This document shows, piece after piece, positions 1 to 8,698 of a stretch of DNA of 64,000 nucleotides (the first letter of the stretch is position 1; each line of letters begins with the position of its first letter). The stretch comes from Pontiella sp. (lineage in GTDB: Bacteria; Verrucomicrobiota; Kiritimatiellia; Kiritimatiellales; Pontiellaceae), in contig JBNKHE010000002.1 in assembly GCA_050290185.1 (NCBI GenBank), forward strand, positions 192,001 to 256,000. Direction: 5' to 3'. Below the pieces are notes generated by a model that was given only the letters and a program-made list of their open reading frames with translations, was not told the DNA's origin and ran no database searches. The position numbers and the translations under genes were made by a program.

Positions 1-511
1 GCGCCTCCTCCGGCGTTACCCAAAGCCCGAAAAACACCACGTCGGCTTCCGGAATGGCGGGCAAGGGGCCATTGAGACGAACGAATACATCGCCGCTGGC
101 GACCATCGTCCGCGCGTTGTCGGATGCGGACTGCGCCAGCTGCTGCAAGGTCGGCTCAGCAAGGTCGAGCAAAGTCTGATCGAGGTGCTGGCCCAGCGCC
201 CAGCGAAAGACGGGAATGGGAATGAAGAGTTTTCCGGGCGCGGCATAGGGAGGAAGGCGGCGGCTTTCCCCTCCTCCGTGGATGATCAGCTTGCCGCTCT
301 TTTCCAACCAGTCGGAAAACGAGGATTCGCCGGAATCCCGCCAGGCCTGCTCCAACACATACGCCGTACCGCCGCCGGAACCCAGCTGGCGTCCCGGCGG
401 ATCGAACGTGAAAAAGCTGCGCTGGGCCACGGACGGCTCGCAAACCGGAAGATGCTTGCACATGTTCGGAGGAAGAGAGAGAAGCAGATCAAAGCTGGAC
501 GATGTTTTCAT
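1..511 (-). CDS. fkp: Bifunctional L-fucokinase/GDP-fucose pyrophosphorylase, N-terminal part (runs off window edge; not in ORF track)
   Basis: Manual translation from ATG at 511: MKTSSSFDLLLSLPPNM...DPPGRQLGSGGGTAYVL...IIHGGGESRRLPPYAAPGKLFIPIPVFRWALGQHLDQTLL...MVASGDVFVR...IPEADVVFFGLWV. It matches the recalled Bacteroides Fkp N-terminus motif for motif (LLSLP, LGSGGGT, HAGGQSRRLP, PVFRW, IASGDV, IPEADVV). Confidence 0.9.
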   Translation of the reverse strand, partial: MKTSSSFDLLLSLPPNMCKHLPVCEPSVAQRSFFTFDPPGRQLGSGGGTAYVLEQAWRDSGESSFSDWLEKSGKLIIHGGGESRRLPPYAAPGKLFIPIPVFRWALGQHLDQTLLDLAEPTLQQLAQSASDNARTMVASGDVFVRLNGPLPAIPEADVVFFGLWVTPEEA

Positions 512-601
512 TCCGGCACGGTAGCAAAACAGAAAGTGAAAATACAATAGGCGCGGCGGGCGGATAAAAGGGAATCGCAAAATCCCGGCTTGTTTCCCAT
601 T

Positions 602-617
602 CTTGACCCTCGTCAAG
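602..617. promoter_or_regulatory. Crp/Fnr-family binding site (TTGAC-N4-GTCAA)
   Basis: CTTGACCCTCGTCAAG palindrome about 60 bp upstream of the 4Fe-4S gene; a Crp/Fnr regulator is encoded at 1957-2607. Confidence 0.6.
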
Positions 618-675
618 GAACCCTTTCCCGGGGTATGGCAACGTGAGTCCAACAATTTACGAAAAGGAGCACACC

Positions 676-1485
676 ATGAAACGCAAGATTATAGAAATCA
701 ACGAAGACCTCTGCAACGGTTGCGGCGACTGCATCGTCGGCTGTGCGGAAGGTGCACTGCAACTGGTCGATGGCAAAGCCAAGCTCGTGAAGGAAAATTT
801 CTGCGACGGCTTCGGCGATTGCGTCGGTACCTGCCCGACCGGCGCATTGCAGATCATCGAACGTGAAGCGGAAGAATTCGACGAAGAGGCCACGATCGAG
901 CACGTCCGCAACATTGGTGGCGAGGAAGCCGTCAAGCGCATGCTCAACGCCGCCGACGAACACGAAGCAAAGGAGAAAGCCATGAACGATTCCAAACCGA
1001 AAATGGGCGGATGCCCCGGAATGCAGGTTCGCTTCGGCAACAAGCCGAAAACGAAACAGCCCCAAACGAATACCGAAACCATTTCCGGCCAAGTCATCAA
1101 ATCCGACCTTGAGCAATGGCCGATCCAGCTTCATCTCGTTCCGCCGACCGCCCCGTTTTTCGATGGCAAGGAACTGGTGGTATTGAGCACGTGCTCACCG
1201 ATCGCTTCACCGGATGTGCATTGGCGCTTTGTCCGCGGCCGCTCGCTCGTGGTCGCTTGCCCGAAGCTCGACCGCACGGAAGGCTATGTCGAAAAGCTCG
1301 CCGCGATCATGGCCCAGAACAATATCCCCAAGGTCATCATCGTCCGCATGCAGGTTCCCTGTTGCGGAGGACTAACCATGATCACCAAGCAAGCCCACGC
1401 CGCCAGCGGACGCACCGATCTGGTCGTGGAGGAAGTCACCATTGGACTCGATGGCGAGTTGTTGAAAACCGAAATCATCAGTTAA
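676..1485 (+). CDS. 4Fe-4S dicluster ferredoxin-domain protein (type often found beside hcp)
   Basis: CNGCGDCIVGC and CDGFGDCVGTCP cluster motifs; C-terminal domain with QWPIQLHLVPP, CPKLD, VPCC; AAGGAG RBS before ATG 676. Confidence 0.85.
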   Translation: MKRKIIEINEDLCNGCGDCIVGCAEGALQLVDGKAKLVKENFCDGFGDCVGTCPTGALQIIEREAEEFDEEATIEHVRNIGGEEAVKRMLNAADEHEAKEKAMNDSKPKMGGCPGMQVRFGNKPKTKQPQTNTETISGQVIKSDLEQWPIQLHLVPPTAPFFDGKELVVLSTCSPIASPDVHWRFVRGRSLVVACPKLDRTEGYVEKLAAIMAQNNIPKVIIVRMQVPCCGGLTMITKQAHAASGRTDLVVEEVTIGLDGELLKTEIIS

Positions 1486-1541
1486 CCACAAAATACACAG
1501 GAATCACAAAAACCTGCGATCTTGAGTATTTTGTGGTTAAC
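1481..1541. repeat. Intergenic inverted-repeat element with 16-bp perfect arms
   Basis: GTTAACCACAAAATAC (1481-1496) ... GTATTTTGTGGTTAAC (1526-1541). Confidence 0.8.
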
Positions 1542-1556
1542 AAACCGGAGATGGAC

Positions 1557-1886
1557 ATGAATGATTTTAAAGGAAAAGCATTGAACTTGAAGGCGGAGAT
1601 CACCTACGCCGACGGTGCGGTGATCAGCAAGACTCTGCTGAAAAAGCAGACCGGCAACATCACCCTGTTTTCGTTCGACAAGGGCCAGGGACTCAGCGAA
1701 CACACCTCGCCGTTCGACGCGGTGGTTCAAGTGGTCGAAGGCGAAGGTGCATTCATCATCGACGGCGAACTGAAGACCGTAAAGGAAGGCGAACTGATCA
1801 TCATGCCCGCCAACATTCCCCACGATGTCCAAGCCGCCGAGCAGCCGTTCAAGATGCTGCTGACCATGATTCGTTCGGAGAATTAA
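1557..1886 (+). CDS. Cupin domain protein
   Basis: SKTLL..TLFSFDKGQGLSEHTSPFDAVVQVVEGEG...MPANIPHDV; GGAG RBS at 1547-1550. The ORF-track start at 1116 overlaps the upstream gene. Confidence 0.85.
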   Translation: MNDFKGKALNLKAEITYADGAVISKTLLKKQTGNITLFSFDKGQGLSEHTSPFDAVVQVVEGEGAFIIDGELKTVKEGELIIMPANIPHDVQAAEQPFKMLLTMIRSEN

Positions 1887-1954
1887 ACACAAAGGCTCAA
1901 AGAACACGAAGCACCAAGCCGCTCTTCTTGGAGTCCTTCGTGTCTTGGTGTTTA
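1884..1954. repeat. Short-period inverted-repeat element between convergent genes (probably also terminator)
   Basis: Left arm TAAACACAAAGGCTCAAAGAACACGAAG; the right arm reverse-complements to TAAACACCAAGACACGAAGGACTCCAAG. Confidence 0.7.
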
Positions 1955-1956
1955 TC

Positions 1957-2607
1957 TCATTCCAGCCATTTCCATGGGTTGGATAGGATGCGGATTTCCT
2001 TGCCTTTCCAGTCTATGATTTCGTCATCGGTCAGGCGCAGGATCAGGCGGGAAAGGCTTTCGGGCGTGGTGCCGATGGCGGCGGCGATGTCCTTTTTCGA
2101 CAGGGGAGTTTTGATGGTTTCCTGCTCACCGTACTGGCTACGCAGGAACGTGAAAAAGCGATGCTCGACATCCTTGGTCGTCAATTCCTGGATGCGTTCG
2201 GTCAAATAGCGCTGTTTGGCCAGCAACATGGCGATGAAGTCGCGCCGGAAGTCCTCTTCCGCCAGCAGCCGATGTATGCCTTCGCGCGGGAAAGCCAGAC
2301 TGTCGACGTTCGTGACGGCGCGGGCCGAAACCGGGTAGCGCTCCTTTTCGAACAGCACCACCTCGGCAAACACATCGCCGGGCTTGATCATGCGGATGAC
2401 CACTTCGCGCCCATCTTCGGTGTTCTTGTGCAGTTGGATGTTGCCGCCGATCAGCAGGAACATGCATCCGCCTTTTTCGCCCTCGTGGAAGAGATAGTCG
2501 CGCTTCTTCACTGTCTGCACGGAACAAATCCGCGCCAGCTCTTTCCGGTGCGTGTCCGACAGGCCCTTGAAGAAGGTGGTGTTCGTTATCAGCTTTTCAA
2601 TATCCAT
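1957..2607 (-). CDS. Crp/Fnr family transcriptional regulator (HcpR/DNR-like)
   Basis: cNMP-binding-like domain (LFHEGE, GDVFAEVVLF, YPVSARA) and HTH IAAAIGTTPESLSR; no N-terminal FNR Cys cluster. Confidence 0.9.
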   Translation of the reverse strand: MDIEKLITNTTFFKGLSDTHRKELARICSVQTVKKRDYLFHEGEKGGCMFLLIGGNIQLHKNTEDGREVVIRMIKPGDVFAEVVLFEKERYPVSARAVTNVDSLAFPREGIHRLLAEEDFRRDFIAMLLAKQRYLTERIQELTTKDVEHRFFTFLRSQYGEQETIKTPLSKKDIAAAIGTTPESLSRLILRLTDDEIIDWKGKEIRILSNPWKWLE

Positions 2608-2656
2608 GCCGACCACTTTGCCCATCCATGCCGCACCTTTCAACGGCAATGTGTCC

Positions 2657-2738
2657 ACAGAAGGCCGCAAAGCAACCTTCGCTATCTTTGCGCTCTTCTG
2701 TTTGGAATTCCGGGATCCTCGGTGTTCTCCGTGGTGAA
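2657..2738. repeat. Composite short-period inverted-repeat element
   Basis: ACAGAAGGCCGCAAAG...CTTTGCGCTCTTCTGT hairpin, then CTCGGTGTTCTCCGTGGTGAA, whose reverse complement matches 58394-58414 at 19/21. Confidence 0.7.
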
Positions 2739-2808
2739 TTAGTTCCTATTTCCCGGTTCATTTTTCCCAGGGTTGGCGATAGGCTGACGTCACTATTTGG
2801 AGAGTTGT

Positions 2809-3348
2809 ATGTTTCTGTTTGGAAAGAATGAAAAAACCTGCGTGCGGATTCCGCTGGAAACCAAGGGCAAGCTGTATGTCAGCCCGATGCCGTTCGGCCC
2901 CTACGATCCGGGAAACGCCCTGCTTAAGGTGTATAGGCAAAAGAACATCGCCTTTGTGGTCATGCTCGTCACCGATGTGGAGCTGGCGAAAAAAGCCAAG
3001 CGCGACGTCATCGGTATCTACAAGAAACACGGCATTGAGCCCATCCGCTTCCCCTTTGCCGACTACACCAGCCCCGAACTCCACCAGTTCTCGAAGGTGG
3101 TCGACCAGGCGGCAGGCTACCTGCGCGCCGGGGCCAACGTCGCCGTGCACTGCAACGCCGGCGTCGGGCGCACCGGCGTCATGACCTGCTGTATCGTGCG
3201 CGATATCATGAAAATCCCGGCTCAGGAAGCGATCGAATACGTAAAGCAGCACATGCAAACCAAAATGACCGACGAGCAAATGCGCCTCGTCGGGCGTTTC
3301 AAGACGCTCGAAGAACGCGTTAAAGGACAGACAGAGGCAACATCATGA
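2809..3348 (+). CDS. Dual-specificity/tyrosine protein phosphatase family protein
   Basis: PTP signature VHCNAGVGRTG (HCx5R) and upstream acid loop FPFADY. Confidence 0.88.
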   Translation: MFLFGKNEKTCVRIPLETKGKLYVSPMPFGPYDPGNALLKVYRQKNIAFVVMLVTDVELAKKAKRDVIGIYKKHGIEPIRFPFADYTSPELHQFSKVVDQAAGYLRAGANVAVHCNAGVGRTGVMTCCIVRDIMKIPAQEAIEYVKQHMQTKMTDEQMRLVGRFKTLEERVKGQTEATS

Positions 3349-3812
3349 AATGGATCGATAATCATTTGGTATCAGAAATGATGGAGCGCGCCGTCGACAG
3401 CGATCGCAAACGCACCAACCACAACCTGCATGAATCTGCCGAAGACCCGGTTCAGCGCTATTGCATTGCCGCGACCAGGGACTCCTACTTCCGCCCGCAC
3501 CGCCATCCCGGAAACTGGGAGGTTGCCATCGTCTTCCGCGGCCAGTTTGAATTCATCGTATTCGATGACGATGGAAACATCATCGAATGCCACACCGTCG
3601 GCCCCAACACCGGCAAGAATGGCTTCGAGATTGAAGCCAACCGCTGGCATTGCTGGCTTCCGCTCACCGATGAAGGCGTGTTCTTCGAAGTCAAGCAGGG
3701 ACCATACGACCCCGCCAACGCCGCTGAATTCGCCCCCTGGGCCCCAGAGGAAGGAACCGAACAAGTCAGGGATTACGTCGAACAACTGCGGAATCACGCC
3801 AACACGCAATAG
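3345..3812 (+). CDS. WbuC-family cupin-fold metalloprotein
   Basis: RKRTNHNLH, DPVQR, YFRPHRH, EVKQGPY motifs; ATGA overlap with the phosphatase gene. Confidence 0.85.
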   Translation: MKWIDNHLVSEMMERAVDSDRKRTNHNLHESAEDPVQRYCIAATRDSYFRPHRHPGNWEVAIVFRGQFEFIVFDDDGNIIECHTVGPNTGKNGFEIEANRWHCWLPLTDEGVFFEVKQGPYDPANAAEFAPWAPEEGTEQVRDYVEQLRNHANTQ

Positions 3813-3935
3813 CCGGTATTTTCACAACCTCAAGGAGTACGCGTTTATTGCGCAGCGACGTCACAAGACGGCTTGGCATACCCGTTGAAAAACAGTAGAT
3901 TCTCCCCTCGATTTTAGAAATGGAGGACGTTTTCC

Positions 3936-4916
3936 ATGTTTCCCGAAGTACGACTTAGACGCCTGCGCCAGAACGCCTCGATCCGGCGCATGATCGATGC
4001 CCCCCTGCCCGGCCCCGAAAAATTCATGTGGCCGACGTTCGTGATCGACGGCGAAGGCAAGCGCGAGGAGATTGAATCCATGCCCGGCCAATGCCGGCTG
4101 AGCATCGACCAGTTGCTCGTCGACCTCGAACCGCTTGTTGAAACCGGCATCGGCAGCGTCCTGCTCTTCGGCCTCGCCGAGGATTCCCAAAAGGATTTCC
4201 AGGGAACGGAAGCCTACAACGACAACGGCACCGTCCAGCGCGCCATTCGTGCCGTGAAGCAGGAATTTCCCGACCTGGTTGTTGCGGCCGACGCCTGCGT
4301 ATGCGCCTATACCGACCACGGCCACTGCGGACCGTTGACCAAATCGGGCGCTGTGGATAACGATCTCGCGATCGCCAACCTCGCCAAGATTTGCGTATCG
4401 CATGCTGCCGCCGGTGCCGACATCGTGGCACCGAGCGCAATGATGGACGGGCAAATCCAGGCGATCCGCGCCGGACTCGACCACAACGGCCTCAAGGATG
4501 CCATCCTGATGAGCTATTCCACCAAGTTTGCCTCCTCCATGTACGGCCCGTTCCGCGATGCGGAAAAATCCAAACCCGGACAAGGCGACCGCAAAGGATA
4601 CCAGGCTTCATCGGGCGATCTTCGCACGGCCCTGCGCGAATCGGAATTCGATGAAGCCGAAGGCGCGGACATGCTGATGATCAAGCCATCGCTCTTCTAC
4701 CTCGATGTCCTCGCCAAAATGCGCGAAGCCACCGATCTTCCGATCGCGGCCTACAACGTCAGCGGCGAATACTCCATGCTCCACGCCACCGCCCAGCGCG
4801 GTTGGGGCGACCTCAAGGGCATGGTGCAGGAATCGACGGCCGCACTGGTTCGCGCCGGCACAGACATTCTCATTTCCTACTGGGCTAACCAGTACAACGA
4901 ACTTTTCAGGAACTAG
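3936..4916 (+). CDS. hemB: Porphobilinogen synthase (ALA dehydratase)
   Basis: RLRRLR, CVCAYTDHGHCG Zn site, APSAMMDG, MYGPFRDA, MIKP, AYNVSGEY. Confidence 0.97.
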   Translation: MFPEVRLRRLRQNASIRRMIDAPLPGPEKFMWPTFVIDGEGKREEIESMPGQCRLSIDQLLVDLEPLVETGIGSVLLFGLAEDSQKDFQGTEAYNDNGTVQRAIRAVKQEFPDLVVAADACVCAYTDHGHCGPLTKSGAVDNDLAIANLAKICVSHAAAGADIVAPSAMMDGQIQAIRAGLDHNGLKDAILMSYSTKFASSMYGPFRDAEKSKPGQGDRKGYQASSGDLRTALRESEFDEAEGADMLMIKPSLFYLDVLAKMREATDLPIAAYNVSGEYSMLHATAQRGWGDLKGMVQESTAALVRAGTDILISYWANQYNELFRN

Positions 4917-4922
4917 CATATT

Positions 4923-6185
4923 ATGAATTCAGCAGCATGGTTTGAGCGGGCGAAGAAAGTGATTCCCGGCGGTGTAAACAGCCCGGTGCGCGCCTTCAAC
5001 GGCGTAGGCGGAACCCCGGTGTATTTCAAGTCGGGCAAAGGGGCGAAGGTACAGACCGAAGACGGCACCGAACTGATTGATTTTTGCGGATCGTGGGGAC
5101 CATTGATCCTTGGTCATGCACGCGAAGAGATTGTTGAGGTCGTGGCCAAAACCGCAGCCGATGGACTGAGCTTCGGCGCCAATACCGCAAAGGAAGCCGA
5201 GTTTGCCGAACTAATCTGCACACAGGTTCCCGAAATGGACATGGTGCGCCTCGTCAGCTCCGGAACCGAAGCAGTGATGACGGCTATCCGGCTCGCCCGC
5301 GGCGTGACCGGTCGCCGCAAGATCGTCAAATTTGATGGTTGCTACCACGGCCATTCCGACTACCTGCTCGTCGCCTCCGGCAGCGGACTGCTGACTGGCG
5401 GAATCTCCTCCTCCGCCGGCGTTTCGCCCGCCGCCACCGAAGAGGTCTTCGTAGCACCCTACAACGACCTCGCCGCCGTCCAGGAAATACTGAAGAACAA
5501 TGGCGACGAGATCGCCGCCGTCATCGTCGAACCGATTGCGGGAAACATGGGGCTGGTGGAACCGGCTTCCGGATTTCTTGAAGGTCTGCGCGCCGCCACC
5601 GCCGACTGCGGCGCTCTGCTGATCTTCGACGAAGTCATTAACGGCTTCCGCCTCGGCCCAACTACCTTTGGGCATATGGCTGGCATCAATCCCGACATTA
5701 CGACGCTTGGTAAAATCATCGGCGGCGGCATGCCCATCGGCGCCATTGGCGGCAACAGGGAAATCATGTCGCACCTTGCTCCGGTCGGCCCGGTTTATCA
5801 GGCCGGTACGTTGAGTGGAAACCCGGTTGCCGTTGCCGCCGGCATGAAAACGATTGAACTGCTCCGCGACGAAAGCCCCTATCTGAAAATGGAAATCCTC
5901 GGAAAGCGCCTGGCCGCCGGCATCAATCGTATCGCCGCCGAAAAGGGATTGGATCTGCACTGTGCCCAGCGCGGCGGCATGTTCACGCCCTTCTTCCGCA
6001 AGGAAGCCGTCCATAATCTCGACGATTCGAAAGCCTGCGATGCCAAGGCGCATGCCCGCTACTTCCACCATATGCTGGTGAACGGCTTCTATACGCCGCC
6101 GAGCGCCTTCGAGGTCGCCTTCGTCTCCGCGGCCCATACCGAAACCGAAATCGACGAATTCTTGGATGCCTTTGTAAAACTGTAG
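4923..6185 (+). CDS. hemL: Glutamate-1-semialdehyde 2,1-aminomutase
   Basis: IPGGVNSPVRAF, SWGPLILGH, FDGCYHGH, GKIIGGGMP, YQAGTLSGNP. Confidence 0.97.
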   Translation: MNSAAWFERAKKVIPGGVNSPVRAFNGVGGTPVYFKSGKGAKVQTEDGTELIDFCGSWGPLILGHAREEIVEVVAKTAADGLSFGANTAKEAEFAELICTQVPEMDMVRLVSSGTEAVMTAIRLARGVTGRRKIVKFDGCYHGHSDYLLVASGSGLLTGGISSSAGVSPAATEEVFVAPYNDLAAVQEILKNNGDEIAAVIVEPIAGNMGLVEPASGFLEGLRAATADCGALLIFDEVINGFRLGPTTFGHMAGINPDITTLGKIIGGGMPIGAIGGNREIMSHLAPVGPVYQAGTLSGNPVAVAAGMKTIELLRDESPYLKMEILGKRLAAGINRIAAEKGLDLHCAQRGGMFTPFFRKEAVHNLDDSKACDAKAHARYFHHMLVNGFYTPPSAFEVAFVSAAHTETEIDEFLDAFVKL

Positions 6186-6224
6186 CTTGAACACTCACGA
6201 CTCACATTTCACTCGTCACCAACC

Positions 6225-6869
6225 ATGCACCCATGGGATGTCAGCCCGAAGGAAGCGATCGCGATCCAGAAATCGTTGATGGATCGCCTGGTACTTCGCG
6301 ACGATTTCGACGAAATCAAAACCGTTGCAGGCGTAGATGTCGGCTTTGAGGAAAACAACACGATCACGCGCGCGGCAATCGCCGTGCTGGATCTTGAATC
6401 GCTGGAGCTGATCGAGTCGGCCATTGCCCGACGGCCCACCACCTTCCCCTACGTCCCCGGCCTGCTCTCCTTCCGCGAAATCCCCGCCGTACTGCAGGCG
6501 ATGCTGGATCTCAACCACACGCCGGATCTGTTGCTATGCGATGGTCAGGGCATAGCCCATCCCCGCCGTTTCGGGATTGCCGCCCATCTTGGATTGCTGA
6601 CGAACATTCCATCGATCGGCGTCGCCAAGTCCCGGCTCAGTGGAACGCATGATGACGTGCCGCAGGAAAAGGGAAGCCATGTGCCCCTGATGGACAAAGG
6701 CGAACAAATCGGCGTGGTCCTACGCACGCGCGCGAACGTCAAGCCGCTCTTCATCTCCCCCGGACACCGCATGGGCATGAAATCGTCCATCGAGTACGTG
6801 ATGAAATGCACAACGAGATACCGTTTGCCCGAAACTACGCGCTGGGCCCATAAACTGGCATCAGGATAG
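6225..6869 (+). CDS. nfi: Endonuclease V
   Basis: AGVDVG, FPYVPGLLSFRE, DGQGIAHPRRFGIA, IGVAKS, RLPETTRWAH. Confidence 0.96.
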   Translation: MHPWDVSPKEAIAIQKSLMDRLVLRDDFDEIKTVAGVDVGFEENNTITRAAIAVLDLESLELIESAIARRPTTFPYVPGLLSFREIPAVLQAMLDLNHTPDLLLCDGQGIAHPRRFGIAAHLGLLTNIPSIGVAKSRLSGTHDDVPQEKGSHVPLMDKGEQIGVVLRTRANVKPLFISPGHRMGMKSSIEYVMKCTTRYRLPETTRWAHKLASG

Positions 6870-6883
6870 CGAAGCACGTCATT

Positions 6884-6907
6884 CAAACCCCACGATCGTG
6901 GGGTTTG
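6884..6907. terminator. Perfect 24-bp palindrome between convergent genes (probable bidirectional terminator)
   Basis: CAAACCCCACGATCGTGGGGTTTG. Confidence 0.6.
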
Positions 6908-6968
6908 GATGATATACCTACGGCAGACCAAGAAGTCCTGTTGCAAGGACTGCTCATGGAATAGTCGG

Positions 6969-8432
6969 CTATGCGTGCAGCAATACCTTGTCGACGCGTG
7001 CGATCTCGAAGACGCGGCGGGCCTTGCCGCCAAGATTGGAGATGGACATGGATACGCCTTCGTCCTGCGTAATCTTCTTCAGGGAAATAAGAAATCCAAG
7101 TCCGGAACTATCGATAAAATCAAGTTGCGAGGCATCTACCGAAACCGTCTTGAGGATCCCTTCCGCATGTAGCTCACGGTGGATAAAATCCGCCTCGCGC
7201 TCAAATGTAGGCAGTGTGGCGGCGGTTAATTCCATGGGGAGTTCCAGAGTCAATGACCCTTCATGGTAAGCCGTAAAACCATCGCCATGCTCGTTGAGGT
7301 TTTTTACAAGGGTTTCAACTTCGTCGAGACGGATCGCGGAATCGAAGTAGTCGGACAACCGGCAGGTATCAAGCAACCGGCGAACCTTGGGGCGTGGTGC
7401 ATACAGGATCAACCGCCTGCCATTCCTGCGGTGCGCCTTATTGATTTCCAGCAAAGCACCCAGTTCGAGACTGCTAAGCCAGGGGACGGTATGAATATCA
7501 AGCAACAGATTGGTACAACAGTCCTGACAGCAGAAACGCTCGATAAAATCATGTGCCGCCGTCTCGTCCTTCAATCCAAGGAATCGCTCCACCGTGATTC
7601 CGAGATGGTTTAAGCGCCCGATCTCCCCATCATCCAATGGTCGCACCGCCAAGGGTCGGTCAGCCATATAGTGAATGGAAATCATCTTCCGGCTAGCCGA
7701 AAACAGGAACCGGAGATTCGCCAGATAGCGGCGAAACAGACGTCTGGGATTGCCACAAATGCGCCAAAACCATTCGAGATGGATTCTCCTCATCCAGGCC
7801 GGAGCGCGCCGTTGCTCACCGGTAATGAAATCGAGTGATGCCCCAATGCCCATGGCCACCGGTACGTTCCAGCCGCGCACATGCATCTGGATGAACTTTT
7901 CCTGTTTCGGTGAACCTAAAGCAACGAACAGAATGTCGGGACTCGCCGCCTCCAGCCGCTTGAGAATATTACGGTGGTCCATATCCAGCAACGTTGCATA
8001 GGGCGGCGCATAGGTTCCTGCGATCTTCAGATCGGGATGCCGTTCCTTGAGCATGCGCAAGGCCTCTTCGGCCACCCCTTCCGCACTACCCAGACCATAC
8101 AGGCGGAAACCCTCCTGTGCAGCCCGCTCAGCGAGCATGGGCGTGAGGTCAGAACCGGTGACACGCCCCTTCAGCCGGGGGCCGAAGAAGGGCGACAGCT
8201 TGACGATGGGAAAACCATCGGCCAATACCAGATCGGCCTCAATCAGAATGCGCTGCAACTCGGGGTCGCTCCACGCCTGCGTCACAAAATCAAGGTTGGC
8301 CGTTGCAATATTGGCCGGACGGCCCGAATGCACCCGCTCAACAATCCAGTCTATGGCTTCGTCGAACGTAACATTGTGAAATGGTACGCCGTACACCACT
8401 AGCGGAACCGGAACTGACCCAATCGTCTTCAT
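6969..8432 (-). CDS. WecB/TagA/CpsF (WecG-like, GT26) glycosyltransferase fused to two STAS domains
   Basis: TANLDF, ADGFPIV, RVTGSDL, ALGSPKQE, GIGASLDF, RAPAWM, LEWFWR; then LLLDIHTVPWLSSLELG and VDASQLDFIDSSGLGFL STAS motifs. Start taken at MKTIGSV (8432). Confidence 0.88.
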   Translation of the reverse strand: MKTIGSVPVPLVVYGVPFHNVTFDEAIDWIVERVHSGRPANIATANLDFVTQAWSDPELQRILIEADLVLADGFPIVKLSPFFGPRLKGRVTGSDLTPMLAERAAQEGFRLYGLGSAEGVAEEALRMLKERHPDLKIAGTYAPPYATLLDMDHRNILKRLEAASPDILFVALGSPKQEKFIQMHVRGWNVPVAMGIGASLDFITGEQRRAPAWMRRIHLEWFWRICGNPRRLFRRYLANLRFLFSASRKMISIHYMADRPLAVRPLDDGEIGRLNHLGITVERFLGLKDETAAHDFIERFCCQDCCTNLLLDIHTVPWLSSLELGALLEINKAHRRNGRRLILYAPRPKVRRLLDTCRLSDYFDSAIRLDEVETLVKNLNEHGDGFTAYHEGSLTLELPMELTAATLPTFEREADFIHRELHAEGILKTVSVDASQLDFIDSSGLGFLISLKKITQDEGVSMSISNLGGKARRVFEIARVDKVLLHA

Positions 8433-8698
8433 AAGTTGCGATGATAAGCCTGCAAAAACCCGTTTACAAGTATTTGCAATGATGAACAAACATGGCTGGA
8501 TATCCCTTTTAACCCCGGGCCCGTCCGGTACCAAAGCCTGCAAAGCGCTGTTCGAACACGCGATGGGTGACGAAGAAAACGGCACGCAAAGCGAGTCCTC
8601 CAAATGGAAGTAGCGACCGCAGGGAACGGTAATCCCTGCTTGAGGAGAAACAGGAAATAGAGTAGGTTTCTTCCTCTTTTGCAAAAACGGGAAATATA

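Noticed and set aside
16..550. Several short ORF-track ORFs at the left edge (e.g. 185-550 +)
   Set aside because: They are shadows of the fkp reading frame on the minus strand, which has clear family motifs.
1481..2738. Clustered repeats as a possible CRISPR array
   Set aside because: They are inverted, non-identical and separated by whole genes; no repeat-spacer periodicity and no cas genes.
8560..8625. Resemblance to a c-di-GMP-I riboswitch (GGCACGCAAAGC ... GTAGCG)
   Set aside because: The GGCAAAC lead-in and the GNRA-capped P2 stem are missing; only short motif similarity. An Infernal scan would settle it.
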